Origin: Phallusia mammillata
Lineage: Eukaryota
NCBI GenBank assembly: GCA_965637545.1
Contig: OZ281501.1
Span: 3,472,001-3,536,000, forward strand
DNA length: 64,000 bases
Direction of reading: 5' to 3'
Numbering within the stretch: the stretch's first letter is position 1; every line of letters starts with the position of its first letter. The notes beneath the pieces were generated by a model. It made no database searches and was not told the origin of the DNA. It saw only the letters and a list, made by a program, of their open reading frames with translations. The position numbers were made by a program, and so were the translations under genes. This document shows positions 62,084-64,000 of the stretch, one piece after another.

Positions 62084-63964
62084 TTAAACTTCGGTTGTTT
62101 CGCCGACTTTGAAACGTACAAAGTCGTGAACCTGCAAAGAGTTAAACTGCAGCCAATGTGCGACTGACACGTCACTTTCGAGCAAAAACGGTTGTTTTAG
62201 CAACTCATCACTATTTTCGTCCGACGGCAAAACTGTGTATGAGACTGTTTCTTCAGTATTTTTGCTGCCATCTTCTTCTTGGTTGGCTTGTTGATTTTCG
62301 TTTCCATCAGCAGCAGTTACGTTATTTTCGACAGAGCTATCTTTTTCAGCCGTGGTGTTATTGATATCTTCACTAATGATGTCATTTTCCATTTGCGAAA
62401 GTGAGCTCTTCGGCACTTGAATGGTGACAGGTTCTAAGATTATTTTTTGGGTTATTTAGTAGATATGAGGCTAAAGACATTTCTTGGCTTATGCAAATTA
62501 AAAAAATGCTTTTAGCAGAAATCTACACCATACCTCACTGCAGACCTACATTTAGCTAATTCCCGATAGGTAGCGCAAAGAGCACTTTACCCATTTAAAA
62601 CGATATATCTCCAAAAAGGCTCACGGTTAGGGCTATTAGGGTCGGGGTAAGGTATAAGCATTTAAAAATTCAATAAAACTAGCAGTAGAACTTAGTTTCT
62701 AATGTAATATGTTCAAAAACTTACCTACTATCCCTACCCCTCTTTAGATGCTAAATTAATAATTCTGCTTTTTGCGCCACTTATCAAAAATTAGCTCAAT
62801 GTGGGTCTGCCTTGAGGTATGGTGTTAGTAGCTCTACCGCTTTTAAGAAGCAACTCAATATATGCTGGAACGGTGCATGTTTATTCCATTTTTTCAGTTT
62901 GGCCAAATAGAAAATATATCCAGCAATAATTGGTATTCGACCTTTTACACTGATCTCTATGTACTGTTTAGTAAATTTTTGTTGCGAAACAAATGTTTCT
63001 GCTACATGCCTATACGAAAAACAGGGTTTATGATTCTAGAATTCGATTTGGACAAACATTTTCTTGGTCTCAATGTTAAAAAAAGTTAATTGCTTATTGC
63101 GAATTAAATACTTATAACGCTTGACGTACCATGATTTGCAAATTGCAAAAAAATCGACAAAATATACATACTAGGTGAAGTTCCAATTGAAGTGGGTTGC
63201 ATTCCAACAATGTGTTGAGCAAGCTGTGTACCTCTCAGTTTAAACATCTTTTGTGACATGGCTTCATCTATGAAACACACAGATTACTAAACACATATAT
63301 TGATTGGTGACAAACAATGTATTGTACCATCCCCAGTTTTGGAATATGCAATTATGGACCCGTATCCACCAAAAAGTGGATTTGCAATTCTTTTTGCAAC
63401 TAACATGCTTGGATGTAGGTAATAAGCCAGGGATTGTTCCGGTGGTGGTGAGAGAATTGTAACACGTCTGACAATAATGTTTTCTTTTAATTTTCCTGCA
63501 AAAATATAACATGTAAATATTGAATACAACAATTTAGAGCAAAAATGTTTTCAGCAAATTTGTGGTAGCTAAACACTTACAAAAATGTTTGTTTAGACAA
63601 GTGGTTCTCAAACTTTGTGACACAATGCCATTGGACACCATTTTCCAAATGGGGAAAAATAAAGCATTTTTTCTATTTCTAAAAAAACTTAACCAAAGAA
63701 AAGACTTCTTATATATGTCAGTGATTTTTTGATCAGTGATGTGATAAAAGTCCAACCAACATCTCCAAAGGTGCAGTTTGATTGAAGTTTGAAAACCACT
63801 ATTTTGGCAGTTTCCTTTAATAACAATACACTACACGAAACTTTGGCAAGACAACAAGCTAGCCAGTAATATATCATACCTATAGTAAGTGCAATCAAAT
63901 CCTTTATGCTTCTCTGCTGGTCAGGTATTTGTAAATTTAAGATGTCATCTGAACTAATTGAGAA
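62084..63964 (-). CDS. TSFM: Mitochondrial elongation factor Ts, 3' four exons (5' part beyond the window end)
   Basis: Exons 63964-63880, 63495-63328, 63267-63172, 62433-62084. Motifs SIKDLIALTIGKLKENIIVRR, FGGYGSII, LAQHIVGMQPTSIG, LLKQPFLL, VHDFVRFKVGE match mitochondrial EF-Ts ([45 protein letters not shown]). Confidence 0.88.
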
Positions 63965-64000
63965 CTGCAAGAAAAAATCACATAAACAAACTTTTTTGCA

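Noticed and set aside
63599-63640. Single hAT-like TIR (AGTGGTTCTCAAACT) in a TSFM intron
   Set aside because: No matching right TIR or TSD was found; at most a truncated relic.

Overview
AT-rich, gene-dense eukaryotic DNA with short, almost all GT-AG introns. It is most likely an ascidian tunicate; this is an inference from gene content, intron size and the LDLa-GPCR family. Splicing by hand with phase-consistent junctions gives, in order: (1) an RGS3-like C2+RGS gene (- strand, 3' end off the window); (2) an exact three-unit head-to-tail tandem array (~13186-37173), each unit holding a ~1250-aa secreted-ectodomain GPCR with up to ~18 LDLa-like modules joined directly to a relaxin-receptor-like 7TM with no LRRs; (3) MAD2L1BP/p31comet (+), whose exon 1 and the start of exon 2 lie inside the duplicated unit, so truncated copies sit upstream of GPCR copies 2 and 3; (4) ASS1 (-); (5) an orphan MGNSCC coiled-coil gene (+); (6) a 19-exon, ~907-aa type I membrane protein (-) combining a lysozyme-like domain, a MIDAS-dead VWA domain, a beta-sandwich, a mucin stalk, a TM helix, helical repeats and a dynein-stalk microtubule-binding-like domain; (7) the 3' part of TSFM (-). 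There are also at least seven distinct hAT-type MITE insertions with 8-bp TSDs, other dispersed repeats, a perfect 69-bp palindrome and strong TGACGTCA enrichment. No rRNA, tRNA or CRISPR was recognised. All homology calls come from motif recognition by eye, not database searches.
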